A stretch of 64,000 nucleotides of DNA from Bryobacteraceae bacterium (GTDB taxonomy: Bacteria; Acidobacteriota; Terriglobia; Bryobacterales; Bryobacteraceae), in contig JBEKYC010000013.1 in the NCBI GenBank assembly GCA_049511415.1, positions 9,176 through 73,175 of the forward strand, read 5' to 3'. A program made the translations under genes and the position numbers. The notes under the pieces were generated by a model. It saw nothing but the letters and a program-made list of their open reading frames with translations. It was not told the origin of the DNA and did not search any database. This document shows, piece by piece, positions 43,397-53,045 of the stretch; positions within the stretch are counted from its first letter, which is position 1; every line of letters starts with the position of its first letter.

Positions 43397-44592
43397 TCGC
43401 GAACCAGGAGTGGACGGAGCGGTTCCGGCGGGAACTGACCGGAAACATTCTGCCGTTCTGGATGCGCCACACCGTGGATAGGGAAAACGGCGGGTTCTAC
43501 GGCGAGGTAGACTGCGACCTGCGCGTAAACCAACAGGCGCCCCGCGCATCGGTGATCAATTCGCGCATCTTATGGACTTTCGCCGCGGCGGCGCGTATTT
43601 TGCGAGATGCCGCCTACCGCGAGATGGCCGATTGGGCGTACGCCTATACCATCGATAGCTTCCTGGACAAGCAGTTCGGTGGCGTCTACTGGATGCTGGA
43701 TTACCTGGGACATCCCATTTCGGATCGCAAGCAGATTTACGCCCAGGCGTTCGCCATCTATGGCTTGGCCGAATATTTCCGGGCGACCGCACGCGCCGAG
43801 GCCTTGGATTGCGCGAAACAGCTTTACCATCTGATCGAAGAGAACAGCGGAGATCCCGAGTATGGCGGTTATCTGGAAGCCCGCGCGCGGGATTGGAGCG
43901 CTCTGGGAGACTTGCGCCTGAGCCAGAAAGATCTGAACTGCCCGAAGTCGATGAACACCCATTTACACGTGCTGGAAGCCTATACCAACCTGTTGCGCGT
44001 GTGGGATGATGCCGGCTTGCGGGCGAGTTTGCGCACGCTGCTCGCGATCACGTTGGATCGCATCGTGGATGGCGCGCACTTCAAGATGTTCTTTGACACG
44101 CAATGGGCGCCAATCTCCGATCATGTCTCGTTCGGACACGACATTGAAGGCAGTTGGCTGATCCAGGAGGCGGCAGAGGTGCTGGGTGATCCGGCACTGA
44201 TCGGCCGCGCCCGTGCCTTGGCCGTGCGTATGGCGCTGGCGGTTTACGACGAGGGTTTGGATGCGGACGGCAGCCTATTCTATGAGGCCTCCCACGGCCG
44301 CTTGGTCGATCCCAACAAGCACTGGTGGGCGCAGGCGGAGGCGGTCGTCGGCTTTTACAACGCCTGGCAGGTTTCCGGACAAGAGAAGTTCCGCACGGCA
44401 GCTTGCCGCGCTTGGGAGTATATTGAAAACAGTGTGGTCGATAAGGTCCACGGCGAATGGCACGCCAAGTTGAAACCGGACGGCGCCCCGTGGAAAGCCG
44501 CGGAAGATCCGGATGCGTGCCTGGTAGGCGCCTGGAAATGCCCCTATCACAACGGGCGCGTCTGCTTGGAAATGTTGGCACGTCTGCGGTAG
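43393..44592 (+). CDS. AGE-family epimerase (cellobiose 2-epimerase / N-acylglucosamine 2-epimerase family)
   Basis: 399 aa. 'ILPFWM.H..D.ENGGFYGE', 'K.IYAQAFAIYGL.EY', 'MNTHLHVLEAYTNL', 'HWWAQAEA..G', 'W.CPYHNGR'. ATGA overlap with GH130. Confidence 0.85.
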   Translation: MIANQEWTERFRRELTGNILPFWMRHTVDRENGGFYGEVDCDLRVNQQAPRASVINSRILWTFAAAARILRDAAYREMADWAYAYTIDSFLDKQFGGVYWMLDYLGHPISDRKQIYAQAFAIYGLAEYFRATARAEALDCAKQLYHLIEENSGDPEYGGYLEARARDWSALGDLRLSQKDLNCPKSMNTHLHVLEAYTNLLRVWDDAGLRASLRTLLAITLDRIVDGAHFKMFFDTQWAPISDHVSFGHDIEGSWLIQEAAEVLGDPALIGRARALAVRMALAVYDEGLDADGSLFYEASHGRLVDPNKHWWAQAEAVVGFYNAWQVSGQEKFRTAACRAWEYIENSVVDKVHGEWHAKLKPDGAPWKAAEDPDACLVGAWKCPYHNGRVCLEMLARLR

Positions 44593-44642
44593 TTGGGATT
44601 CTGAACGGATCACGTCAGTAAGGGCTGCGGGGTGGGTGTGTC

Positions 44643-46886
44643 ATGAGGGGGACAAGCAGAGGTGTTGGCTGGTTGTGGCTGGCTTTCGTTTGCCCGGTCG
44701 GGATTTTGCAGGCACAGGCCGTCCCCGAGATCGTGATTCATGACTTCGGCTACTTCCCCAAAGGTGCTGCCCCGTATGGCACTTTGATCCGGGATGCGGA
44801 AGGCAACCTTTATGGCACGGCGTATCAGGGAGGCGCCGCCGCCGAAGGCGCGGTATTCGAATTGGATCCATCCGGCCACTACACCCTTCTGTACAGCTTT
44901 ACGGGCGGAGCCGACGGGGCCAACCCATACGCCGGGTTGATGCGCGATTCCGCGGGCAACCTCTACGGAACCACATACCAGGGTGGCGCTTCGGGCCATG
45001 GCGTGGTGTACAAGTTGAACCCTTCGGGGGTCCAGACCGTTCTGTATACTTTCACCGGCGCCGCGGATGGCGCCAACCCCTACGCCGGAGTCATCGCGGA
45101 TGCGGACGGCAATCTCTACGGCACGGCTTCGGCCGGCGGTTCGGCGAACGCCGGCGTGGTTTACAAGCTGGACCCATCCGGTAACGAAACCGTGCTGCAC
45201 AGTTTCACTGGCGGAGCTGACGGAGGTGACCCCTACGCCGGTGTGATCGCCGATGAACAGTGGAATCTCTACGGAACCACCCGCGGGGGTGGTAAAGCCC
45301 TTGCGGGCGTCCTGTACAAGCTGGACCCATCCGGCCGGGAAACCGTGCTGCACACTTTTGGCCCGCCCTCCGGAGAGACCCCCACTGCGGGCGTAGTCCG
45401 CGACCCGGCAGGCAACCTCTATGGGACCGCCACCACCGTAATCTATAAACTGGATGCCGCCGGCCATTATTCGGTGCTGCACTTTTTGCCATACGGCACG
45501 ACGGGCGGTCTGGCCTCGGCGGGGCTGGCCCGCGACGCGGCAGGCAATCTGTACGGAACGTCGGACCCGGCGGAGGGCCCGTTCCCAACGGAGGCGCCAT
45601 TTGGCGCGGTCTATAGGTTAGAACCTACAGGACGATTCACCGCGCTCTACAGCTTCCCAGGCGCGCCCCAAGCCGGAAATGTTGCCACGGGACCTAACCC
45701 AGGAGTGGTGCTCGATTCCGCGGGCAACATCTACGGAGCCACGCCTTACGGAGGCATCGGTGGAATGTTGTACCAGCTCGACACGGCCGGTCAGGAGACG
45801 ACGCTGTATAGTCTGCCGTCGGCGCATCACGGAAGTTTCCCCCGCTCGGCCGTCACCATCGGGCCAGCCGGTGACTTATTCGGCACGACTGCGGCAGGCG
45901 GCGCCGCGAACGCCGGCGTCGTCTACGAGATGGATTCCACGGGCCGCGAGAAGGTATTGTACAGCTTCACCGGTGGAGCCGACGGGGCCTATCCCCAGTC
46001 TGGCGTGGTCTTCGACCTTGCGGGCAATCTCTATGGCACTACCGAATTCGGCGGTCCCGCGAACGCCGGTCTGGTCTTCAAACTAGACACCTCCGGACAT
46101 GAAACGGTTTTGTACAGTTTCACGGGAAGGGCAGACGGGGCTTATCCCGTTTCCGGCGTTATCCTCGATCCCGCCGGCAACCTCTACGGGACCACTTTGG
46201 GCGGCGGATCGGCAAGCCAAACCGGCATACCCGAAGGTGTGGTCTTTAAAGTGGACCCATCCGGCCAGGAGACCGTGCTCTACAGCTTCACGGGCTTGTC
46301 GGATGGAGGCGCTCCGGCGGCCGGAGTGATTCGGGATTCCGATGGGAATCTATACGGCACTACGATTTACGGCGGGCTCGGCGCAGGTGTCGTCTATGAG
46401 ATCGGCGCCGCTGGCGGAGAGACCGTGCTCTATAGTTTTACGGGCGGGTCCGATGGCGCCAATCCCTTTGCCGGCTTGATTTCCGACTCCTCCGGCAACT
46501 TCTATGGAACCAATGTCAATTCCGGCGCAGGGGGCGGCGGCGTAGTGTTTCAACTGGATGCGGCCGGGGATTACACGGTTTTGTATAGCTTCTCTGACGG
46601 ACGCGGCGGAAACTCTCCATTCGCCGGCGTGATTCGCGATGAGAATGGAAATCTCTTCGGGACTGCGGAATACGGCGGCGATACGGGTTGCATCTTTGGC
46701 TGCGGAGTGGTGTACGAATTGAATCCGTTAGGCCAGGAGCGGGTCCTCTATTCGTTCACGGGTGGGCCGGACGGTGGCAGCCCGCTGGCGGGCGTGACGC
46801 GGGATGCGGAGGGCAATCTGTACGGAACAGCCATGGAGGATGGCGCGGGAGGTGGCGGCGCCGTGTACAAACTGATCTTGCCGTAG
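44643..46886 (+). CDS. GloVer-type tandem repeat secreted protein (14 repeats)
   Basis: Signal peptide, then 14 units of about 48 aa: 'P.aGv..D.aGNLYGTT..GG..g.GvVykLd.sG.etvLysFtGgaDG'. Confidence 0.8.
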   Translation: MRGTSRGVGWLWLAFVCPVGILQAQAVPEIVIHDFGYFPKGAAPYGTLIRDAEGNLYGTAYQGGAAAEGAVFELDPSGHYTLLYSFTGGADGANPYAGLMRDSAGNLYGTTYQGGASGHGVVYKLNPSGVQTVLYTFTGAADGANPYAGVIADADGNLYGTASAGGSANAGVVYKLDPSGNETVLHSFTGGADGGDPYAGVIADEQWNLYGTTRGGGKALAGVLYKLDPSGRETVLHTFGPPSGETPTAGVVRDPAGNLYGTATTVIYKLDAAGHYSVLHFLPYGTTGGLASAGLARDAAGNLYGTSDPAEGPFPTEAPFGAVYRLEPTGRFTALYSFPGAPQAGNVATGPNPGVVLDSAGNIYGATPYGGIGGMLYQLDTAGQETTLYSLPSAHHGSFPRSAVTIGPAGDLFGTTAAGGAANAGVVYEMDSTGREKVLYSFTGGADGAYPQSGVVFDLAGNLYGTTEFGGPANAGLVFKLDTSGHETVLYSFTGRADGAYPVSGVILDPAGNLYGTTLGGGSASQTGIPEGVVFKVDPSGQETVLYSFTGLSDGGAPAAGVIRDSDGNLYGTTIYGGLGAGVVYEIGAAGGETVLYSFTGGSDGANPFAGLISDSSGNFYGTNVNSGAGGGGVVFQLDAAGDYTVLYSFSDGRGGNSPFAGVIRDENGNLFGTAEYGGDTGCIFGCGVVYELNPLGQERVLYSFTGGPDGGSPLAGVTRDAEGNLYGTAMEDGAGGGGAVYKLILP

Positions 46887-46888
46887 AC

Positions 46889-49438
46889 CTAGAACGGGGC
46901 TGTGCCCGCTGCGGAAACCACGACTTTAACTGGACTGGACGAAATTCCGTTCTGCGGATTTGTCACCGCGAACGTCAGGTGGTCGCCCGTAGCTACCGGA
47001 CACGCAGATGCCGCGGCCAGCGTCAAAGGACCCAGATCGACCAGAGGCGATAGCGGGGATCCATAGCCGTCTGTCAGATCCACGGCCAGGTTGGCCACCA
47101 GAGAAATGCTCGCATCGGTCCAGTTGGCTACGTACATCTGGCAGTCAGCACGGCCGGCGCTGCTCCAACCTCCGCCGGATGCCTCGGAATCGCTGATTTG
47201 AAGATAGGGCGAACCTTGCGCCGCCATCGGCAGTCCCAGATTCGGCAAAGACCCGAACCCTGTGCCAATAATGCTCACCGGTAATGACGGCGGCCATGGC
47301 GCGGAGAACTCCGTCGATTGCGGCGTTTGTACGATGATTTGATTACAAACGCTGGGCTGTTGCGGCGTGGGGGGCGAGCTGCAGCTTGAATTGTATTCCA
47401 GAGCCGGTGTAGGGAACTGCGTCGCCACAAAATAGATCTCGGGCGCGGAGGCGGTGTTGCCTGTGCAATTCAGATAGGGCGGCGATTGGTTTCCCGCGAG
47501 CGGCCAGGATTGATTGGGCCAGTCAACCGGATTCTCGGAAAGGTTAGGGCTATTCAAGCCGGGCCGTACGGCTGGCAGCACGCCACAAGAAGCGGCCGAC
47601 GGCAAATCGCTGCTCGCGAGCACCGGAGCGGTTGTCGGCAGGCTATTCGGGTCCACATAATCGATCAGCGGTATGTAAGGTCCCATCAGGCCGCCGCCAT
47701 TCCCGTCCACATTCGTGTACTCGGCCGTCGAAAACGGCACGGCAACTCCGGAGCAGGCGAAGGTTGTGGCCGGCAGTGTGTTTCTTACCGTCAACAGCAG
47801 GGGATATGTAGTGGAAAACGTGCTCAACTGGCTGAGATCCAGCACCGTGTAGCCATTCAACGTCCACACCGAGTAGAAATCTTTGGCATTCCTGACCGGC
47901 TGAACTCCTTGCGCCACGCCCGTGCCGCTGGTCTGCCGGAGCCACGCCGGCAGCGTGGCGCCGACGTTTACCAGAAGCGTCACGTAGCCTTCGGTCTGCG
48001 TGAAGGCGGAATCGGCCAGCGTGGCAAGCGAAACAGGGGAATCGCCATTGTTATCGGGGCCGGACCAAGTCGCCGGTGGCGGCGAAGACTGATACCAAAA
48101 CGTCAGGCTCGAATACCTGAGTGGTGTGCCGGCGCTCAGCGAACAGTTATAAGGCGCATTGCAGGGTGTGTTGGGAGTCGGCGGAACCTGGAAGCGGAAT
48201 CGCATCACACAACCATCTCCACTTTGCTTCTGTTGGCACACGCCGCCGTTCAACAATCCCGATAGATCGCTGGTGGAAACCGCCCCGCCAATGTAGCTGT
48301 CATCTGGTCCGGGACTGCCCTCCCACTGCGCCACGCGGGCCCACGCCACGCGATTGGCGAAAGGTAGTGCGGCTGGAAGAGTCGCATCGCCATCCGCATA
48401 GCAGGCCTGCGGGGTAATATTGGCATTGTTGGTGTGCTGTTGTTTCTGGCTTTGATCCAGCCATTTAGCGCTCGACTGCGATAGATCCGCCAGAGAGACG
48501 ATCGCACCGCACGCCGGCGGGTCCGCACCCGCGCAGTTGCCGGAATTCAAGTTCACCAGCTTGGCGCTCTGCAGATAGCTGGCCGTGTACGCGCAGCCCG
48601 TTTTTACGTCGCGCACGATCACGTAGGGTGTCGGCGGAGGATTGGGTTGGGTGCACGTCAGGCTCACTCCCGGCTTGCCGGTGCAGGTCTCCGGAGGAGC
48701 CAGATAACTGCGGACGATGATGCTTCCGGCTGTGTTCGGGTTGCTGTGTCCGGGTGTGTCAACCACATGCGCGGCCAGTCCGCTTTCGACACTGGGACCC
48801 TGCACGTTGGTGTTCCAATCCATGGATAGGTGCCGCTGGGTCGCGTCCAGAACATTATCGCTTTCCGGCGCGTTGATCGCACATCCGGTAATGACGCCAG
48901 TTGGTTGTGGAATGTATCCCAGGCTGATAGGAACCAGATACTGCTGCGTCCCGGTGTATGCCGGGCTTTGCCCGCCGGGTCCCGGCACGAAAGGGTTGGA
49001 AGCGCTGTTGGCGGGGTCCACGGCTGCGTCCGCCAAATGCTGCGTGGCGGTATAATGCATGTCGTTATCTGTGATAGAAAAATAGCGCGCATCCGGGAAG
49101 GTGCCCACCATAACCAGCTCCACCGGGCAATAGTGGTTGCTAGCCATCCAGGCGTTGAGATTGGTGATACTGTAATACAGCGAGAAATAGGTGGCGTTCA
49201 AATCGCCTGCCGCTTCGGCGCCGCTCGACCCCGGAATGGCGATTTCATAGGCCGAGATCGGTGCGCCAGGCGCACTGGCGAAACTCTCGAAAAAATTCGC
49301 GCCCGTCGGACTTTGGTCCACGCCCGGCGGGATCGTGCAAGTAGCGGCATCCTGCGGCCACGCGGGAGAGGCCATGAGGCAGCACGCAGCTATCACGGCG
49401 CAAGCCGCGGGGATATGGAGTCCGCCCCTCAGCGACAT
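46889..49438 (-). CDS. large hypothetical secreted protein (849 aa), Cys-rich, Ig/IPT-like C-terminus
   Basis: Signal MSLRGGLHIPAACAVIAACCLMASPAWPQD. Long uninterrupted ORF with coding-like composition. No catalytic family recognised. Confidence 0.7.
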   Translation of the reverse strand: MSLRGGLHIPAACAVIAACCLMASPAWPQDAATCTIPPGVDQSPTGANFFESFASAPGAPISAYEIAIPGSSGAEAAGDLNATYFSLYYSITNLNAWMASNHYCPVELVMVGTFPDARYFSITDNDMHYTATQHLADAAVDPANSASNPFVPGPGGQSPAYTGTQQYLVPISLGYIPQPTGVITGCAINAPESDNVLDATQRHLSMDWNTNVQGPSVESGLAAHVVDTPGHSNPNTAGSIIVRSYLAPPETCTGKPGVSLTCTQPNPPPTPYVIVRDVKTGCAYTASYLQSAKLVNLNSGNCAGADPPACGAIVSLADLSQSSAKWLDQSQKQQHTNNANITPQACYADGDATLPAALPFANRVAWARVAQWEGSPGPDDSYIGGAVSTSDLSGLLNGGVCQQKQSGDGCVMRFRFQVPPTPNTPCNAPYNCSLSAGTPLRYSSLTFWYQSSPPPATWSGPDNNGDSPVSLATLADSAFTQTEGYVTLLVNVGATLPAWLRQTSGTGVAQGVQPVRNAKDFYSVWTLNGYTVLDLSQLSTFSTTYPLLLTVRNTLPATTFACSGVAVPFSTAEYTNVDGNGGGLMGPYIPLIDYVDPNSLPTTAPVLASSDLPSAASCGVLPAVRPGLNSPNLSENPVDWPNQSWPLAGNQSPPYLNCTGNTASAPEIYFVATQFPTPALEYNSSCSSPPTPQQPSVCNQIIVQTPQSTEFSAPWPPSLPVSIIGTGFGSLPNLGLPMAAQGSPYLQISDSEASGGGWSSAGRADCQMYVANWTDASISLVANLAVDLTDGYGSPLSPLVDLGPLTLAAASACPVATGDHLTFAVTNPQNGISSSPVKVVVSAAGTAPF

Positions 49439-49514
49439 GGCCGGATTCTATTTGAAATCGGACCTGTTTGTCAAGCGGCGGATACGATTTGAAACTGCGT
49501 CCTACTAAATAAAT

Positions 49515-51959
49515 ATGCAATACGGTTACTTCAATGATGACGCCCGGGAATATGTGATCACCCGGCCAGATACCCCCCTGCCATGGATCAATTATCTGGG
49601 ATGCCAGGGTTACTTCGGCATCATTTCCAATACCGCCGGCGGCTACTCTTTCTATCGCGACGCCCGTCTGCGTAGGATTACGCGATACCGCTACAACAAC
49701 GTCCCGTTCGACACCGGCGGACGTTATCTGTACTTAAGAGATAACGAAACCGGCGACTATTGGTCTCCCTCGTGGCAGCCCACGCAGAGTGATGTGGAAC
49801 AGTACATTTGCCGTCACGGCATGGGCTACAGCGTGATCGGTTCGCGCCGCCGGGGCATCGCCGCGAGCACCCGCTATTTCGTGCCGCTGGATGAGAACCT
49901 TGAAATCTGGCAGCTCACGGTGTCAAACCAACGGCTGATGCCGGCGGCATTGTCGGTCTTCTCGGCGGTGGAATTCTGCTTGTGGGATGCCCAGGACGAT
50001 GCCACCAACTTCCAACGGAATTTCAGCATCGGAGAAGTAGAAATCGAAGAGGGCGTCATTTATCACAAGACCGAATACCGCGAGCGCCGCGATCACTTCG
50101 CCTGGTTCGCCTGCTCTTCGGAACTGGCGGGCTTCGACACGCAGCGGGATGTGTTTCTGGGTTCCGCGCGTGGATGGGACCGTCCCCAGGCGGTGGAGCG
50201 CGGCGAATCGTACGGTTCCGTGGCCCATGGCTGGGCGCCCATCGGTTCGCATCACGTGCGTCTCGTGTTACAACCCGGTGAAACCCGGCAGATACTTTTT
50301 GTCTTGGGCTACCACGAAAATCAGCGGGACGCCAAGTTCGATCCGCCGGACTCTCAGATCATCAATAAGAAAACCGCCAAGCCGATAATTACGCGATATC
50401 TCGTGCCGGAGAATGTCGAGGCGGCTTTCCAAGGCCTTCGAACCTACTGGGACGGCCTGCTGGGAATCTGCCGGGTCGCCACGCCCGACCCGCACACCGA
50501 CCGCATGGTGAACATTTGGAATGCTTACCAGTGCATGGCCACTTTTAATATGTCCCGCTCGGCATCCTTTTACGAGTCCGGCATCGGACGCGGCCTGGGT
50601 TTCCGCGATTCCAATCAGGATCTGCTGGGTTTCGTCCACATGGTGCCGGAGCGCGCCCGCGAGCGTATCCTCGATCTCGCGGCCACGCAACTCCCGACCG
50701 GGGGCGCCTATCATCAATATCAGCCTCTTACGAAGAAAGGCAACAACGACGTCGGCGGCAACTTCAATGACGATCCCCACTGGTTGATCCTGGGCGTGGC
50801 GGCGTATCTAAAGGAGACAGGTGACTGGAGCATCCTGCATGAGCCGGTGACCTATGACAATCAACCCGGCTCTGAGAAGCCGCTCTTCGATCACCTGCGG
50901 CGCAGTTTCCGCTATACCTTGGAGCGGCTGGGGCCGCATGGGCTGCCGCTGATCGGCCGCGCGGATTGGAACGATTGCCTGAACCTGAACTGCTTTTCGG
51001 ACACGCCCGGCCAGTCTTTCCAAACCACCACCAACAAAGAAGGCAAAGTCGCCGAGTCGGTCTTCATCGGTGGCCTGTTCGTATTGGCGTCGAAGGAACT
51101 GGCGGCCATCGCGCGGCACAGTGGACACGCCGAGGAATCGCCGGGCTACCTGGCTGAAGGCGCGCGCATGGAAGAAACCGTTCGCAAGCACGGCTGGGAC
51201 GGCGAATGGTTCCTGCGCGCGTACGACGACTTCGGCAACAAGGTGGGATCGAAAGAGTGCGCCGAAGGCAAGATCTTCATCGAGACACAGGGCTTTTGCG
51301 TATTGGCGGGTATCGGCCTGGAAGACGGCATGGCGCGCCGCGCGCTCGAATCCGTGCGCAAGCATCTGGCCACGCCGCACGGCATCGTGCTGCAGCAGCC
51401 GGCTTACTCGCGATACTATTTGCACTTGGGTGAGATCTCGTCGTACCCGCCCGGCTACAAGGAAAACGCCGGCATCTTCTGCCACAACAACCCGTGGGTG
51501 ATCATTGCCGAAGCCATGGCCGGAAACGGCGAGGCCGCGCACGATTACTATTCGCGCATCAACCCTTCAGCCCGCGAGCCGATCAGCGACGTGCATCGCT
51601 GCGAGCCCTATGTTTACGCACAGATGATCGCCGGACGGGACGCGCCCACTCATGGCGAGGCTAAGAATTCGTGGCTCACCGGAACCGCGGCCTGGAATTA
51701 TTACGCCATTACGCAATGGATATTGGGCATCCGCCCGGCTTACGACGGCTTGCAGATTGCGCCGGTCATTCCGGAACGATGGGCGGGCTTTCAGGCCGTG
51801 CGGCGCTTCCGGGGCGTAACGTATCGCATCACGGTGCGGCGCGAAGGGCCGGGCAATCGGGTGAAATTGTTCGTGGACGGCGCGGCAGTGCCCGGCGCCA
51901 TAGTGTCTGCACCCGCCGATGCGCGCACGGAAGTGATAGTGGAAGCTGTATTGAGCTGA
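49515..51959 (+). CDS. GH94 glycoside phosphorylase (cellobiose/chitobiose phosphorylase family)
   Basis: '[29 protein letters not shown]...[34 protein letters not shown]' is near-diagnostic for cellobiose phosphorylase-type enzymes. 814 aa. Confidence 0.9.
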   Translation: MQYGYFNDDAREYVITRPDTPLPWINYLGCQGYFGIISNTAGGYSFYRDARLRRITRYRYNNVPFDTGGRYLYLRDNETGDYWSPSWQPTQSDVEQYICRHGMGYSVIGSRRRGIAASTRYFVPLDENLEIWQLTVSNQRLMPAALSVFSAVEFCLWDAQDDATNFQRNFSIGEVEIEEGVIYHKTEYRERRDHFAWFACSSELAGFDTQRDVFLGSARGWDRPQAVERGESYGSVAHGWAPIGSHHVRLVLQPGETRQILFVLGYHENQRDAKFDPPDSQIINKKTAKPIITRYLVPENVEAAFQGLRTYWDGLLGICRVATPDPHTDRMVNIWNAYQCMATFNMSRSASFYESGIGRGLGFRDSNQDLLGFVHMVPERARERILDLAATQLPTGGAYHQYQPLTKKGNNDVGGNFNDDPHWLILGVAAYLKETGDWSILHEPVTYDNQPGSEKPLFDHLRRSFRYTLERLGPHGLPLIGRADWNDCLNLNCFSDTPGQSFQTTTNKEGKVAESVFIGGLFVLASKELAAIARHSGHAEESPGYLAEGARMEETVRKHGWDGEWFLRAYDDFGNKVGSKECAEGKIFIETQGFCVLAGIGLEDGMARRALESVRKHLATPHGIVLQQPAYSRYYLHLGEISSYPPGYKENAGIFCHNNPWVIIAEAMAGNGEAAHDYYSRINPSAREPISDVHRCEPYVYAQMIAGRDAPTHGEAKNSWLTGTAAWNYYAITQWILGIRPAYDGLQIAPVIPERWAGFQAVRRFRGVTYRITVRREGPGNRVKLFVDGAAVPGAIVSAPADARTEVIVEAVLS

Positions 51960-51988
51960 TCCCTGTATTGAGCTGATCCCTGTATTGA
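51946..51988. repeat. 17-nt tandem repeat CTGTATTGAGCTGATCC x2.5 spanning the GH94 stop codon
   Basis: Read directly: units at 51946-51962 and 51963-51979, partial unit 51980-51988. Confidence 0.9.
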
Positions 51989-51997
51989 ATTAAACCT

Positions 51998-52999
51998 ATG
52001 TACTCCCCTGACGACCAACGTTACGATCGCATGCCATACCGCCGCTGCGGCGCCAGCGGACTGCGCCTGCCGGCCATCTCCTTGGGCCTCTGGCACAATT
52101 TCGGAGGGGTCGACACGTTCGAGAACATGCGCGCCATGCTGTGCCGCGCCTTCGATCTCGGCATCACGCATTTTGACCTGGCCAATAACTACGGCCCTCC
52201 GCCGGGATCGGCGGAAGAGAATTTCGGAAGGGCCTTGCGGGCCGGCCTGTCCGCCTGGCGCGACGAATTCATCGTCTCAACCAAAGCCGGCTATCTGATG
52301 TGGCCGGGACCCTATGGTGAATGGGGATCGCGCAAATACCTGCTGGCCAGCCTCGACCAAAGTCTGCGCCGCATGGGGCTTGACTACGTCGACATCTTCT
52401 ACTCCCACCGGCCCGACCCGGACACGCCCCTGGAAGAGACCATGTCCGCCCTGGATAGCGCCGTCCGTTCCGGAAAGGCGTTATACGCCGGCATATCCAA
52501 CTACAATCCGGACCAAACCGCCCGCGCGGCTGCCATACTCAAGCGGCTTGGCACTCCCTGCATGATTCATCAGATGAAGTATTCGATGTTCGTGCGGACG
52601 GCAGAAGACGGCCTGTTCGAGCGGCTGGCTGCAGAGGGCATCGGCGGTATCGCATTTTCACCTCTGGCCCAAGGTTTGCTCACAGACCGATATTTGGCCG
52701 GTATCCCGGAGGGATCCCGCGCATCCAAACCCGGTACTTTTCTGAAGAGCACGGATGTCACGGAAGGGCGCCTCGCTCAGGTGCGCGCGCTCGACGAGAT
52801 CGCCCGCAAGAGAGGCCAGAGTCTGGCCCAACTGGCATTGTCCTGGGTACTGCGGCAACCAGTCATGACCAGTGCCCTGGTCGGTGTCAGCCGCGTGGAG
52901 CAGTTGGAGCAGTGCGTGGCGGCCGTCGACCGCCTGGAGTTTGACGACGCCGAGTTGCAGAGGATCGACCAGCTGGCGCCGGCTAGTACCAAGAATTGA
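51998..52999 (+). CDS. yghZ: aldo/keto reductase, L-glyceraldehyde 3-phosphate reductase (YghZ)-like
   Basis: 'SGLRLPAISLGLWHNFG', 'AFDLGITHFDLANNYGPPPGSAEENFGR' are almost identical to E. coli YghZ as I remember it. Confidence 0.9.
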   Translation: MYSPDDQRYDRMPYRRCGASGLRLPAISLGLWHNFGGVDTFENMRAMLCRAFDLGITHFDLANNYGPPPGSAEENFGRALRAGLSAWRDEFIVSTKAGYLMWPGPYGEWGSRKYLLASLDQSLRRMGLDYVDIFYSHRPDPDTPLEETMSALDSAVRSGKALYAGISNYNPDQTARAAAILKRLGTPCMIHQMKYSMFVRTAEDGLFERLAAEGIGGIAFSPLAQGLLTDRYLAGIPEGSRASKPGTFLKSTDVTEGRLAQVRALDEIARKRGQSLAQLALSWVLRQPVMTSALVGVSRVEQLEQCVAAVDRLEFDDAELQRIDQLAPASTKN

Positions 53000-53045
53000 C
53001 TTGCAGCGTGGGAGTAGCCCGTCCATCGGGTATAATCGCGGCAGG

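Noticed and set aside
42404-43549. 381-aa ORF antisense to the GH130 gene
   Set aside because: Shadow ORF. The sense strand matches MGP almost residue for residue in conserved blocks.
44610-45482. 290-aa ORF antisense to the GloVer gene
   Set aside because: It mirrors the repeat periodicity of the sense gene. It has no start context and no motifs.
52872-53045. Upstream extension of the DUF1552 ORF overlapping the aldo/keto reductase gene
   Set aside because: The Tat leader begins at ATG 53046. The extension overlaps the 3' end of the preceding gene in another frame.
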